Shown: positions 1-8,151, numbered from the stretch's first letter. The stretch: 45,931 nucleotides of DNA from Pseudonocardiaceae bacterium (GCA_050700515.1 JBOHHD010000592.1:1-45931); one strand, 5' to 3'. The notes: generated from the letters alone by a model not told the origin. A program made the numbers and translations.

Positions 1-2
1 AG

Positions 3-179
3 GTCGACCACGCCGTCTCCCTGGCCACCCGGGCCGTGGACACCCTCACCGGTCAGGTCGACTCCGCCCGCTGCGCTGCCCACGTCACCGGGTTCGTCAG
101 CCAACTCGCCCCCTACCGGCGACGCCCCGCCGTGCGCCAGTTCAGAGACCGCGTCGCCGCGCTGCGCACCCCCGCCTGA
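3..179 (+). CDS. 3' end of a CDS entering from upstream of the window (hypothetical, last 58 codons)
   Basis: The frame is open from the window edge to TGA at 177-179 (...VDSARCAAHVTGFVSQLAPYRRRPAVRQFRDRVAALRTPA*) with G/C-rich third positions. It is absent from the ORF track because no start codon lies in the window. Confidence 0.3.
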   Translation, partial: VDHAVSLATRAVDTLTGQVDSARCAAHVTGFVSQLAPYRRRPAVRQFRDRVAALRTPA

Positions 180-343
180 GAGGACCATCCAGCGCAGCGT
201 CCTTCGGTAGAACAAATACTCACGTAATGGTCATCGACACTTTCGCCAGACGAGCGATTCAGGATACGGCGACGGTGGTCGGCAAACCTGGTGACACGTG
301 GCTACTTGGGCTCGACTTCTCGACGTCCGTACCGTGTAGGGCA

Positions 344-913
344 TTAACGGGCGACGACTGTGGCGAGCACAAGGCGAAGCGGGTCGTTATCGCCACGTAG
401 TGATGCCATCGACGCTCGGGTGTTGTCGTCTGAGTTCAGGTTGGACCAATCGATCGGCCACCCGGCTTCGCGGCTGAGCTGCCGGAAGAACGCTCTCTGG
501 GTGCGGCTGTTTCCTTCGCGGAACGGGCGGATAGCGTTGACCTCGGCGAAATAGTGCGTCAGCCGGGCGAGGAAATCGTCCCGTGGTAGCCCACGTAGGT
601 AACGCTCCTTCGCCAGCGCGCCGAACACGTCCGCCGAGTACGACTCGATACGCTGTGGCAGGCAGAACAGGTCTGATTTCGCGATGCTCACGACCCTGAT
701 CTCGCCGGCCCACGGATAGATGTCGCCGAAGATCTCCCGAGGGAAAGACCGTCAATGATCCAGATCGTATCTGCCGGGTAGTATCCGTATCCCAAGATCT
801 ACCAGCGCCGCCAGCGTCAGTCCCGCCGCAACCTCCTCAAGATACTGAGGGTCAGAGATGCCGAGGTGATTGCGCAGTACTCCGCTTGCGTCGACGTATG
901 GATCGACAGTCAC
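344..913 (-). pseudogene. Fic/DOC (Fido) family toxin, disrupted by an in-frame TGA and with a degenerate active-site motif
   Basis: Track ORFs 752..979 and 344..691 are in the same frame, separated only by TGA at 752-754 (...GRYDLDH*RSFPREIFGDIYPWAGEIRVV...). The combined sequence has Fic hallmarks: DPYVD..VLRNHLGI, FGDIYPWAGEIR, and the motif region AIRPFREGNSRTQR. The expected HPFxxGNGR has Arg in place of the catalytic His and Ser in place of the second Gly. The likely GTG start at 913 overlaps the antitoxin TGA (GTGA). Confidence 0.8.
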
Positions 914-1212
914 CGAATGCCGTAGAGTCGCCGAACCAACTCGCGCATCTGCCCCGTGCCGATCTCGCCCCGAGCCCATCGAGCGGTGATAGCCGCGACG
1001 TCGGCGCCTACGGTAAGCCCCTCGGCACGCAGTGAGGCGGATGCCTCTATCAGCGACTGCGCCCGCTCGGCCGTCAACTCGTCGAACACCTCGACCGGAA
1101 CCATCACGGCCTCGGTCTTTCGATGCGAGCCGACACCAACCGGGGTACGGTCCCCGTTGCGGAACCGCGCCAGCACGCTCGGCAGCTGCTCGCGGACCTC
1201 ACGCACCGACAA
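910..1212 (-). CDS. Antitoxin: Phd/YefM-like N-terminal domain fused to a VbhA-like Fic-inhibitory C-terminal domain
   Basis: The N-terminus (SVREVREQLPSVLARFRNGDRTPVGVGSHRKTEAVMVPVEVFDEL) is Phd/YefM-like. The C-terminus (SASLRAEGLTVGADVAAITARWARGEIGTGQM) contains SLRAEG, which fits the (S/T)xxxE(G/N) Fic inhibition motif. Its 4-nt stop/start overlap with the downstream fic is typical TA organisation. The start is TTG 1212 or GTG 1206. Confidence 0.75.
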   Translation of the reverse strand: MSVREVREQLPSVLARFRNGDRTPVGVGSHRKTEAVMVPVEVFDELTAERAQSLIEASASLRAEGLTVGADVAAITARWARGEIGTGQMRELVRRLYGIR

Positions 1213-1234
1213 CGTTTCAATCAGGATCCCTCAA

Positions 1235-1254
1235 GTGTACTTGACTGTGTACAC
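1235..1254. promoter_or_regulatory. Candidate operator: GTGTAC-N8-GTACAC inverted repeat just upstream of the antitoxin start
   Basis: GTGTAC at 1235-1240 and GTACAC at 1249-1254 form a perfect 6-bp inverted repeat. GTGTAC also recurs directly at 1247-1252. The site lies 23-43 nt upstream of the antitoxin start, in the divergent region shared with the XRE gene. Confidence 0.25.
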
Positions 1255-1418
1255 ATTTGGCGGCGAGCATCGTCGACTGCTGCCAGGTTAATGACGCTAG
1301 TGGTACCGACCAGCGATCAGCCGACCGATCGGGCAGCGGGCGTGGCCTGTGTGGTCAGCTTGCCGACCAAGAGCGGGACGGGCAGGTCAGCTGACCGGCT
1401 AGTGAGGAGGCAGGCATC

Positions 1419-2609
1419 GTGGATGCCGACGAGGCGAAGACGGTAGGGGCGCTGCTGCGCAAGATCCGGCTCAAGCGGGGTCTGTCCCAGGAGGTCGTCG
1501 CGGGGCTGGCCGGGTTCACCGGTGGGTTCTTGTCCCAGGTGGAGCGAGGTCTGGTTCCCCTGGAGCGGCTCTCGCACTGGAAAGGCGTGGCTTCCGCGCT
1601 CGGTGTCCCGCTCTCGGACCTACTGCGGCTGGAACTGCCCGCCCCGGGCAACGGAGGCACCGACAGCGCCATCGAGGCTGTACACGGCGCGCTGGACGCG
1701 GTAGCCGCCGGCTATCCCGGCGGTGCGGTGCAGCCGATTCCGCTGCTCCAGCAGCGAGTGACCAGGCTGTACCGGCTCAACCGGCAGGTCCGGTTCAGAG
1801 ACGAGGCTCGAGCCCTGCCGGAGCTGATCCGGGACCTGCACACCACGATCGCCGCTGGCCGTGATCTCGACACGCTGTTACCGTTGGCGGTGCTCCTGCA
1901 CGTGCACCTCACACAATCCTGGCTGGGCCGCTCGGAGGCCCCCACCGAACTACGGCGACAGGCCATGTTCCTGGCCCGCACCCTCGCCCAGGAGCACAAC
2001 GACGCCGCGTCACTCGCCTCAGCCGCCTGCGGGCTCGCCAATACACTCGTGATTGGTGGCGCCTCCACCCTGGCGAAAACGGTCCTCGACAACACCGCAC
2101 TGCCCCCGATCACTCAGCAGACGGCAGGCATGGTGTGCGCCATCCTGGCCGGACCGCGGGCGCTGCTCGTTGCCACCTGGGGTGGTGACCCGAGAGCACC
2201 GCTCGACGAAGCTGCCGAGATTGCCGATCGATTCGGCTTGGTCGGTGCGGTGGATCCCTACGGATATAATTTCGGACTGGCGAGCCTCGATAACGGGCGG
2301 ATCAAAGCAGTACTGGAACTCGGCGACGTCGATGAGGCCGTCCGGTTGGTGCACGCTGCTCGTCCGGAGCGCCACCCTGCTCAATCCGTCCAGGCGCATT
2401 TCTGGAGACACGCCGGATGGGCATTGGCGTCGGCCGGAGGGTCGGTGGAGGAGCCGGTGCGGGCGTACCTGAGAGCAGAGGCTCTCAACCCCGTGAAACT
2501 TTACCGGGACCTCAGGCACCGTGAAGTCCTGCGAGAAATGCTGACCCGGGCACCGGACAACGAACAGCTACAGCAACTCGCCACCCGGGCCAGCCTGGAC
2601 CAGCGTTAG
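1419..2609 (+). CDS. XRE-family helix-turn-helix transcriptional regulator with a long helical (TPR-like) C-terminal domain
   Basis: The N-terminal HTH is LLRKIRLKRGLSQEVVAGLAGFTGGFLSQVERG. The GTG start at 1419 is preceded by GAGGAGG at 1404-1410. The 396-aa ORF has G/C-rich third positions. Confidence 0.8.
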   Translation: MDADEAKTVGALLRKIRLKRGLSQEVVAGLAGFTGGFLSQVERGLVPLERLSHWKGVASALGVPLSDLLRLELPAPGNGGTDSAIEAVHGALDAVAAGYPGGAVQPIPLLQQRVTRLYRLNRQVRFRDEARALPELIRDLHTTIAAGRDLDTLLPLAVLLHVHLTQSWLGRSEAPTELRRQAMFLARTLAQEHNDAASLASAACGLANTLVIGGASTLAKTVLDNTALPPITQQTAGMVCAILAGPRALLVATWGGDPRAPLDEAAEIADRFGLVGAVDPYGYNFGLASLDNGRIKAVLELGDVDEAVRLVHAARPERHPAQSVQAHFWRHAGWALASAGGSVEEPVRAYLRAEALNPVKLYRDLRHREVLREMLTRAPDNEQLQQLATRASLDQR

Positions 2610-2855
2610 GGTACGGCTGTGTTGCCTGTTCAATCCGTATGTCCCGGTCTGCTGGTGGGTATTGCGAGGACTGCGTCAGCTCGATCGACGGACTGAAGAT
2701 GCGGCCGCGTCAAGTAGTTCGTCGAGGCGGGCACATTGATCCGTAGTGACCACAGCCCAGCTGCTCGCACCGTCACGAGTCCTGGAATTGTCGGGGTCTT
2801 TGGGTAGCGTCCGGCCGAGCGAGCCGCACCGGCTCTCCGACCCCAGGAGTGCTTT

Positions 2856-3761
2856 GTGCATCAGGAGCAGGCACCGGCATCCGGTCGCCGTCGTCCCGGA
2901 CCGGTGTACGACGACGCGATGAAGATTCTGGCCGATGATGATCTGGGTTCTTTGTTGTCGGTGGTGGGTGTCAGTGGTGGGGCTGAGCGGCTCAACGTCG
3001 AGCTCGCAGCCTCGACCATGAAGGCTGATCTGCTCGCGCGGACACCGGCCGGGATCGTGCATGTGGAGTTCGTGAAGGATCCTGCCCCGGATCTGGATCT
3101 GAGGATGGTCGAGTATCGGCTCCGGCTGCGTCGCCGCCATCGGGGCACTCCGATCGCCCAGTACGTGCTGGTGCTGCGCGACATCCCCATCCCCGAGCGC
3201 TACGTCGATGTCGACGACGGGCAGCTGAGCTGTGCGTGGACGGTGGTGCGCCTGCCCGAGCTGGACCCGGCGGCGCTGCTGGCCGGTCCCACCACCGCGG
3301 CCATCGCCACCCTGGCGCGTGGCACACCTGCCCAACGCGCCGCGGTCCTGACCGCGGCGGCGGAACAGATCACGACCTGTACCGACCCGGATCGCCGCGA
3401 TGTGCTCATCGCTGCGGCTGCGACCCTCGCCTCGATTGTGCTCCCCGGGCATACCATTGTGTCAGCGCTCAAGGAGGCCACCATGCCCGTCCCGGTCCGC
3501 GACACCCCTCTGGGCCGCGAACTCTACGAAGCAGGCCGCCAAGAAGGCCAGCAGGAAGGTCGGCAGGAGGGCCGGCAGGAAGGCCGGCAGGAGGGTGATC
3601 GTCAGGCGGTGCTGCGCCTGACCCGCCTCATGCTGCGCCGACGCTTCGGTGGTGAGGACCCCCGGGTCGAGACCATCGCAGCACAGCTGGCCGTCCTGCC
3701 CGACGAAGAACGCCTCACCCGGCTCACCTCGGCCACCAGCCTGGATGATCTACAACACTGA
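2856..3761 (+). CDS. Rpn-family (PD-(D/E)xK) recombination-promoting nuclease / putative transposase-like protein with DUF4351-like tail
   Basis: ADLLARTPAGIVHVEFVKDP matches the D...ExK-type nuclease core of Rpn/YhgA-like proteins. The C-terminal tail (LRLTRLMLRRRFGGEDPRVETIAAQLAVLPDEERLTRL) is DUF4351-like and is preceded by a GRQE repeat linker. The exact start is uncertain (GTG 2856 or downstream). Confidence 0.6.
   Translation: MHQEQAPASGRRRPGPVYDDAMKILADDDLGSLLSVVGVSGGAERLNVELAASTMKADLLARTPAGIVHVEFVKDPAPDLDLRMVEYRLRLRRRHRGTPIAQYVLVLRDIPIPERYVDVDDGQLSCAWTVVRLPELDPAALLAGPTTAAIATLARGTPAQRAAVLTAAAEQITTCTDPDRRDVLIAAAATLASIVLPGHTIVSALKEATMPVPVRDTPLGRELYEAGRQEGQQEGRQEGRQEGRQEGDRQAVLRLTRLMLRRRFGGEDPRVETIAAQLAVLPDEERLTRLTSATSLDDLQH
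3534..3593 (+). repeat. Five tandem 12-bp units encoding (G-R/Q-Q-E)x5 inside the Rpn-like CDS
   Basis: The units are ggccgccaagaa ggccagcaggaa ggtcggcaggag ggccggcaggaa ggccggcaggag. They are in frame, encoding GRQEGQQEGRQEGRQEGRQE. Confidence 0.9.
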
Positions 3762-4928
3762 CTCCCATACCGACGGACGATCGCCACGGCCAGTGCGTTC
3801 GGTCGCAGCGCGGTGATCACTATCAGTGCGTCGATGACGTCGGAGGTATGCCTGGCGCTCTGGTTGAATCCCACCGACCTGTATCCCAGGGCAACATCAA
3901 GATGACTAGTTGCAATGAGTACTTTTTGCTGAAGGTGGGGAACGTAAAGTAATGTCGATGTTGTTGTGGTCGGGTACTGCCAATTCTTGCTCGGCGTTAC
4001 CACCCGTTATACTTTGAGTGATCTTGACGTTACGCTGCCTGTATCCGCAACGTCAGCCGGCCTTCAGATCCGATTCCTCCTGTTGTGTCGGGTCGCCTGT
4101 CGCGTTCCGGGAACTTTCGTCGACCGGCTGCGACGCGGTTCCGACGCTGCCGTCGAAGTCTGCGCCCGGGACGGAGCCAAGGCTGTCGCCACCTCGCTCA
4201 CCCTATCCACCCCTTTGATTCGCATTGCCGTTGTCTGCGGTATATCACCGCTACACCCGGCTTCGTGACTACTTCGCGGCGATTCTTGTCGAAACCGTGT
4301 TCAGCGGTGAGTTCAGGCCACGATGAAGACCGATGCTTGTCATCGAGGGGAAACTGCCATTGCGCTTGATGTGACGCTGTGATGAGTCGCTGTCCCGCAG
4401 GTGCCCGAGCGGCTTCGGGTCGTGATCCGACCACGGCCTGCCTGCCACTTGACAGCCTCGCCTGTCTTCGGGGTTGGCCATGTGGTCGGCTATCACCGAC
4501 GGCGTCATGCCTGGCTCGCTGAGTGGTCGGCTCGGCTGACGAGCCGGGCGTAAACGCCGACCGACTCGTTTCCCCTCGTCCCCGAGATGTGGCCGAGGGA
4601 AACGGGCTGTTTTCCCGGCCACCGCGCTTCATCCTGAGATCGGCCGCAATTATCCCGCTCCGCAGGAGCACCGCGGCCGGCAACGTAATCCTGGAGAAAT
4701 GCGTGAAAGGTGAGTGGCGAAATGATTGGGACGAATCTGACGGCTACCGTCATGCGGGGCGGCGACGGTAACGGTTGGGGCTGAACTGAGTTCATTGGCC
4801 CATCGCGGACGGCTTCCGTCGGTCTCATCACGGCGACATGCCGTCCGCGCCGGGCTGCCCTGGATTGCAGCACGCCGTCGATGTAGCGTATCCCCACCTT
4901 TGTTGTCGTGCATGAGGAGAGCGTGAGC

Positions 4929-5903
4929 ATGGGGGACCGGGTACAGCCGCTCGCGGGATTGGTGAGCGTCGGCGCGGAGGCGCTCTACTTACGGCTTCGG
5001 GCCAGTGGGTCGCTTCATCTTGGTACCGGCCAAGGCGATGTGGATCCGAATGCCACAGCCACTACAGAGCTGTTGGATCTCGGTCTGGCGTTTCGCTCGG
5101 GTGATGACGACAGCATGATCCGCCCCGTCGACCATGCTGTGGCGCTGCGGTTGCTACTCGCCCAGCGCCAGGACGAGTTGATCAGTGCGCAGCGCCGCAT
5201 CCTCGATGGATGGTCCAGGTTGACCGATTTGCTGCCGCGCGGTGTGGGAGGCAGTTCGCTGAGCGACGTCGACGGTGTCATCCCCTTGGCCGATTTCGGT
5301 GAGGTGGTCACCAGGGCTGCGGAACTCTACCCATCGGCCAAACGCCGAATGCGAGGAATCGAAACTGGTGAGTTCCCCACGAGACCGACCATGGAAAGGT
5401 TGCGCATCCCCCCACAGAGTGCGGTGAATTCAGGTGCTCGCTACCAGATGATCTATCAGGTCAGCTACCTGAGTACACGGGTAGGCGCTGGGATCATCGA
5501 GGAATCCCTCAGGCACGGCGAGGAGGTGAGGTTGCGGCCGGAAGTCCCGATCAAGATGTTCCACATCGACGACTCGGTGGCTCTGGTATCCACTGACCGA
5601 TCGGCGAATACCGCACTACTGGTCTATGCTCCGGCGATGCTGGCGATGCTCGCTGAGTGGTTTGATCTACTCTGGAACGATCCTGCCTCGATGGCACCGG
5701 ACGGCAGTAATGATTCCGCTTTGACGAGCGGTCAACGCCGGGTACTGGAATTGATGGCCGTGGATGGAGACGAAGCCATCGCGCGTCGTCTGAACATGAG
5801 TACTACCACCGTGCGCAGACACGTCAAGGCCATCTACTCGGCATTGGGAGTCGACAGCAGATTCGCTGCGGGTGTGGCCGCTGTCAAGCGTGGATGGATC
5901 TGA
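4929..5903 (+). CDS. LuxR-family transcriptional regulator (C-terminal LuxR-type HTH, uncharacterised N-terminal domain)
   Basis: The C-terminus (LTSGQRRVLELMAVDGDEAIARRLNMSTTTVRRHVKAIYSALGVDSR) is a LuxR/GerE HTH. ATG 4929 lies 9 nt after GAGGAG (4914-4919). The track ORF begins at GTG 4908. Confidence 0.75.
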   Translation: MGDRVQPLAGLVSVGAEALYLRLRASGSLHLGTGQGDVDPNATATTELLDLGLAFRSGDDDSMIRPVDHAVALRLLLAQRQDELISAQRRILDGWSRLTDLLPRGVGGSSLSDVDGVIPLADFGEVVTRAAELYPSAKRRMRGIETGEFPTRPTMERLRIPPQSAVNSGARYQMIYQVSYLSTRVGAGIIEESLRHGEEVRLRPEVPIKMFHIDDSVALVSTDRSANTALLVYAPAMLAMLAEWFDLLWNDPASMAPDGSNDSALTSGQRRVLELMAVDGDEAIARRLNMSTTTVRRHVKAIYSALGVDSRFAAGVAAVKRGWI

Positions 5904-7195
5904 AGAAGGGTGATGAGCGTCGGTAGCAGGGTGCGCACCGCCGGCTGGGAGCGCCACCGTACCAATACCTTGTACAGCCTGCGCAGGTCGTATCGGATGG
6001 TGGCCGAGTCGAGGATCCGGGCGGGGCCGAGTAAGGAGACGACGAGTTCGCAGGAACGCTCGAGCTCGCCCGCCGTGGCGTAGGCGAGCGCGGCCCTCGC
6101 CTCGTAGCGCACTCGTGCCCGGAGGGCTCCCGGCGGGAAACGAGCGATTCCGAGGTCCAGAATTTCGGCGGCTCTGGCCGGTCTGCCCAGTTCGTGCAGG
6201 CACCAGCCCTCGGTCAGGGTCACCAGATCCGGTGTGTGCACCGTGCCGAGTGCCGGGCCGTCCTGGACACCGGTCGCGGCCTCGGTCAGCAATATCGCCG
6301 AGCGCTCGATGGCGCGCAAGCAAGCGGTGTGATCGCCGGTCAGCGCATGTCCTTGAGCTTCCCGTTGAGCGGCCAGGCCGCTGATGCGCACCGATACCTG
6401 CGCATGCTGTTGTGCCCGGATCGCCAGTTCGATCGTGCTCAGCGCGTCGTCCTGATGCAAAGTGATGTCGGCCCGGCGAATCAGTGAATACGCGCGGAGA
6501 CGACGATCACCTGCGCTATCCGCCAGGCTGACCGCCTTCTTGGTCAGCCACCAGGACATCCGGTCATCCCCGGCTTCCTGTGCCATCCACCCCGCGAACT
6601 CGGTATACCGCGCTGCGAGCTGGAGCAGGACACCCTTTTCGTCGGGCGGGGCGTGCTCGGCCAGTGCCTGCAGGGTCTTGGCTTCCATGAGCACCAGGGG
6701 AAAAACCGCGCCTGCCCCGGTGACCTGCCCGAGCGCGCGCGCCTTGTCGAACCGGCTCAGGAACAGGCCAAGAGCGGTGTCGGTGTCGGCTCTGAGCCGG
6801 CCGTCGAAAATCATCCCCAGTGCGGCCGCAGTGTCATTGACCGTCGGTGCCGAGCCGCTCACCGGCGCGAAGTACCCACCATCCCTCCCGAGGCCGATCA
6901 CCCACGTCTCGTCGTCGAGCAGGTTGTCACTGTCTGTTCGGGTGTCCATGTCTGTCCGGGTGTCCATGTCGTTTCCGGGCGGTGCGGCGTGCAGCAGTTC
7001 AATCAGTTTCCCGTCCGCGCTCAGCTCCGCGTCACATAACCTGGCAAGCTCGGCGCTCGCCGGTTTCCGCCCGGATTCAACCTTGCTCAGATGTCCTTTG
7101 CTGTAGTGCACCCGCTTGGCCAGTTCACTGAGCGAGAGCCCGGCGGCGTCCCGTCGCCTACGTAGTTCAATCCCGAACGACGTCGGCGCGGACAT
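5834..7195 (-). CDS. XRE-family HTH transcriptional regulator with TPR-like C-terminal domain
   Basis: The N-terminal HTH is FGIELRRRRDAAGLSLSELAKRVHYSKGHLSKVESGRK. It is followed by a long helical domain in a 453-aa ORF. Confidence 0.8.
   Translation of the reverse strand: MSAPTSFGIELRRRRDAAGLSLSELAKRVHYSKGHLSKVESGRKPASAELARLCDAELSADGKLIELLHAAPPGNDMDTRTDMDTRTDSDNLLDDETWVIGLGRDGGYFAPVSGSAPTVNDTAAALGMIFDGRLRADTDTALGLFLSRFDKARALGQVTGAGAVFPLVLMEAKTLQALAEHAPPDEKGVLLQLAARYTEFAGWMAQEAGDDRMSWWLTKKAVSLADSAGDRRLRAYSLIRRADITLHQDDALSTIELAIRAQQHAQVSVRISGLAAQREAQGHALTGDHTACLRAIERSAILLTEAATGVQDGPALGTVHTPDLVTLTEGWCLHELGRPARAAEILDLGIARFPPGALRARVRYEARAALAYATAGELERSCELVVSLLGPARILDSATIRYDLRRLYKVLVRWRSQPAVRTLLPTLITLLQIHPRLTAATPAANLLSTPNAE
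6933..6968 (-). repeat. 18-bp tandem duplication (1 mismatch) encoding DMDTRT-DMDTRT in the regulator linker
   Basis: The copies are tctgttcgggtgtccatg (6933-6950) and tctgtccgggtgtccatg (6951-6968). Confidence 0.85.
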
Positions 7196-7787
7196 GGCTG
7201 CTCCCTACTCGGGGGACGAGGCGTCGGAGATAATCAGCGTGTGCGGTTGCCAATAATGATACTGCTGCAAAGAGTTCGTCTACCAACTCTGCCCCATGCC
7301 GGTCTTTGTGGCCATGTTTCAGCGTGAGCACCTGGAGACTGGCCAAGCGGCGGATGTCTCCGGGGAGATCTGCAGAGCCGAGCATGGCGCGGGCCTCGAC
7401 CAGGACCGGCACTACCAGCACCCACTGCGACAGGGCCGCCACAATCTCGCGCCGCACCCAATCGTTTTCGTTGTCGAGGTTCTTGCGAGGCGGGGTGCGC
7501 AGGCCTGCCGAGGTGAATTTCCGGCTGGACAAGAATCGTTCGGCGACCGTCGTCGACTGGTGGAAGGGGACGTATATGGACGGATAACCCCTGCCGGGAC
7601 CACCGAATCGGCCGTCCGGCTCGATCGCCCCGTCACCGGTAGAAAACTCATCAGTCCTGATCCGCGCTGAACGGACCCGCCATAGCCAGGTGCCGCGCGG
7701 GACCGCCTGCCGTACCGGAGCTGCGGCCGGTGCCCTGGGTGGTTCACCAGGGGGCACGGGGTACCGCACTGCCTGGGATCGCTGCAC
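7167..7787 (-). CDS. Hypothetical protein with a degenerate, internally shortened TIR-like domain (possibly a pseudogene)
   Basis: The C-terminal half (LDNENDWVRREIVAALSQWVLVVPVLVEARAMLGSADLPGDIRRLASLQVLTLKH) closely resembles the C-terminal part of bacterial TIR_2 domains. IYVPFHQSTTVAERFL resembles the first TIR strand and helix. Only about 22 residues separate these two pieces, so the catalytic region is missing. The upstream frame (7960->) appears to feed into this ORF through a frame change. Confidence 0.35.
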   Translation of the reverse strand: MQRSQAVRYPVPPGEPPRAPAAAPVRQAVPRGTWLWRVRSARIRTDEFSTGDGAIEPDGRFGGPGRGYPSIYVPFHQSTTVAERFLSSRKFTSAGLRTPPRKNLDNENDWVRREIVAALSQWVLVVPVLVEARAMLGSADLPGDIRRLASLQVLTLKHGHKDRHGAELVDELFAAVSLLATAHADYLRRLVPRVGSSHVRADVVRD

Positions 7788-7956
7788 AGCGGACTGACCG
7801 ATCGATCACCTGGCTGGACAACATTCAGCACCACCTCGTCCTGTGCGATGGTAAAGCGTCGATATCTCCCGGTGAACCCGTCGCCAACGGAAAAGTTGAC
7901 AGCTTCCGACCAGTGACACGATCTTCCCGGTGTGGCCGGATCGTTCGTACCGTCGC

Positions 7957-8073
7957 TCATCTCATCCCGCCCAGGTGGACATGAATGCCGAGGTAGAGCC
8001 CCAGAACCAGGCCGATGAACAGGCAGAAGATCGCGAACTTGAATGCAGCAGAGAACGAGCAGAAGGACCACAT
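7957..8073 (-). CDS. Unlisted small ORF: 38-aa hydrophobic (single-TM-like) peptide
   Basis: It encodes MWSFCSFSAAFKFAIFCLFIGLVLGLYLGIHVHLGGMR. GGGAAGGG lies 9 nt upstream of the ATG (8073). Third-position G+C is about 30/37. Its TGA (7957-7959) overlaps an ATG at 7960-7958 (ATGA) that opens the next reading frame (MSDGTNDP...). It falls below the ORF-track size cut-off. Confidence 0.4.
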   Translation of the reverse strand: MWSFCSFSAAFKFAIFCLFIGLVLGLYLGIHVHLGGMR

Positions 8074-8151
8074 CGGAGGTTACCCTTCCCTGGATCGGGT
8101 CGTGCGGATGAACCATCGAATTTTTTCGGCGGGACCGCACGCTTGAGCTGG

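Noticed and set aside
752-754. In-frame TGA/TAG codons considered as programmed recoding (selenocysteine, Trp-reassigned TGA, readthrough).
   Set aside because: Many genes in the window terminate normally with TGA, including purL, ygfZ and pabAB. I saw no SECIS-like hairpin downstream. The Fic gene also carries an active-site substitution and the WD40 gene has frameshifts, so pseudogenisation is the simpler explanation.
3534-3593. Short tandem repeats (12-bp x5 at 3534, 18-bp x2 at 6933, 15-bp x2 at 20010) considered as possible CRISPR or other non-coding arrays.
   Set aside because: The units are contiguous with no spacers. They are in frame and translate to peptide repeats inside ORFs. No cas genes are present.
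4520-4570. A hammerhead-like CUGANGA core (ctgacga) next to hairpins.
   Set aside because: The obligatory GAAA element and the cleavage-site helix are absent after stem II. GC-rich hairpins of this size are common by chance.
7440-7700. A RES-domain (NAD+ phosphorylase toxin) reading of WLWRVRSARIRTDEFSTGDGAIEPDGRFGGPGRGYPSIYVPFHQSTTVAERFL.
   Set aside because: Only the first part of the RES pattern (GRF...Y...AE) is mimicked, and the rest of the domain including the Ser is absent. The same segment fits equally well as the lead-in and first strand of the TIR-like domain. The question is left open but not claimed.
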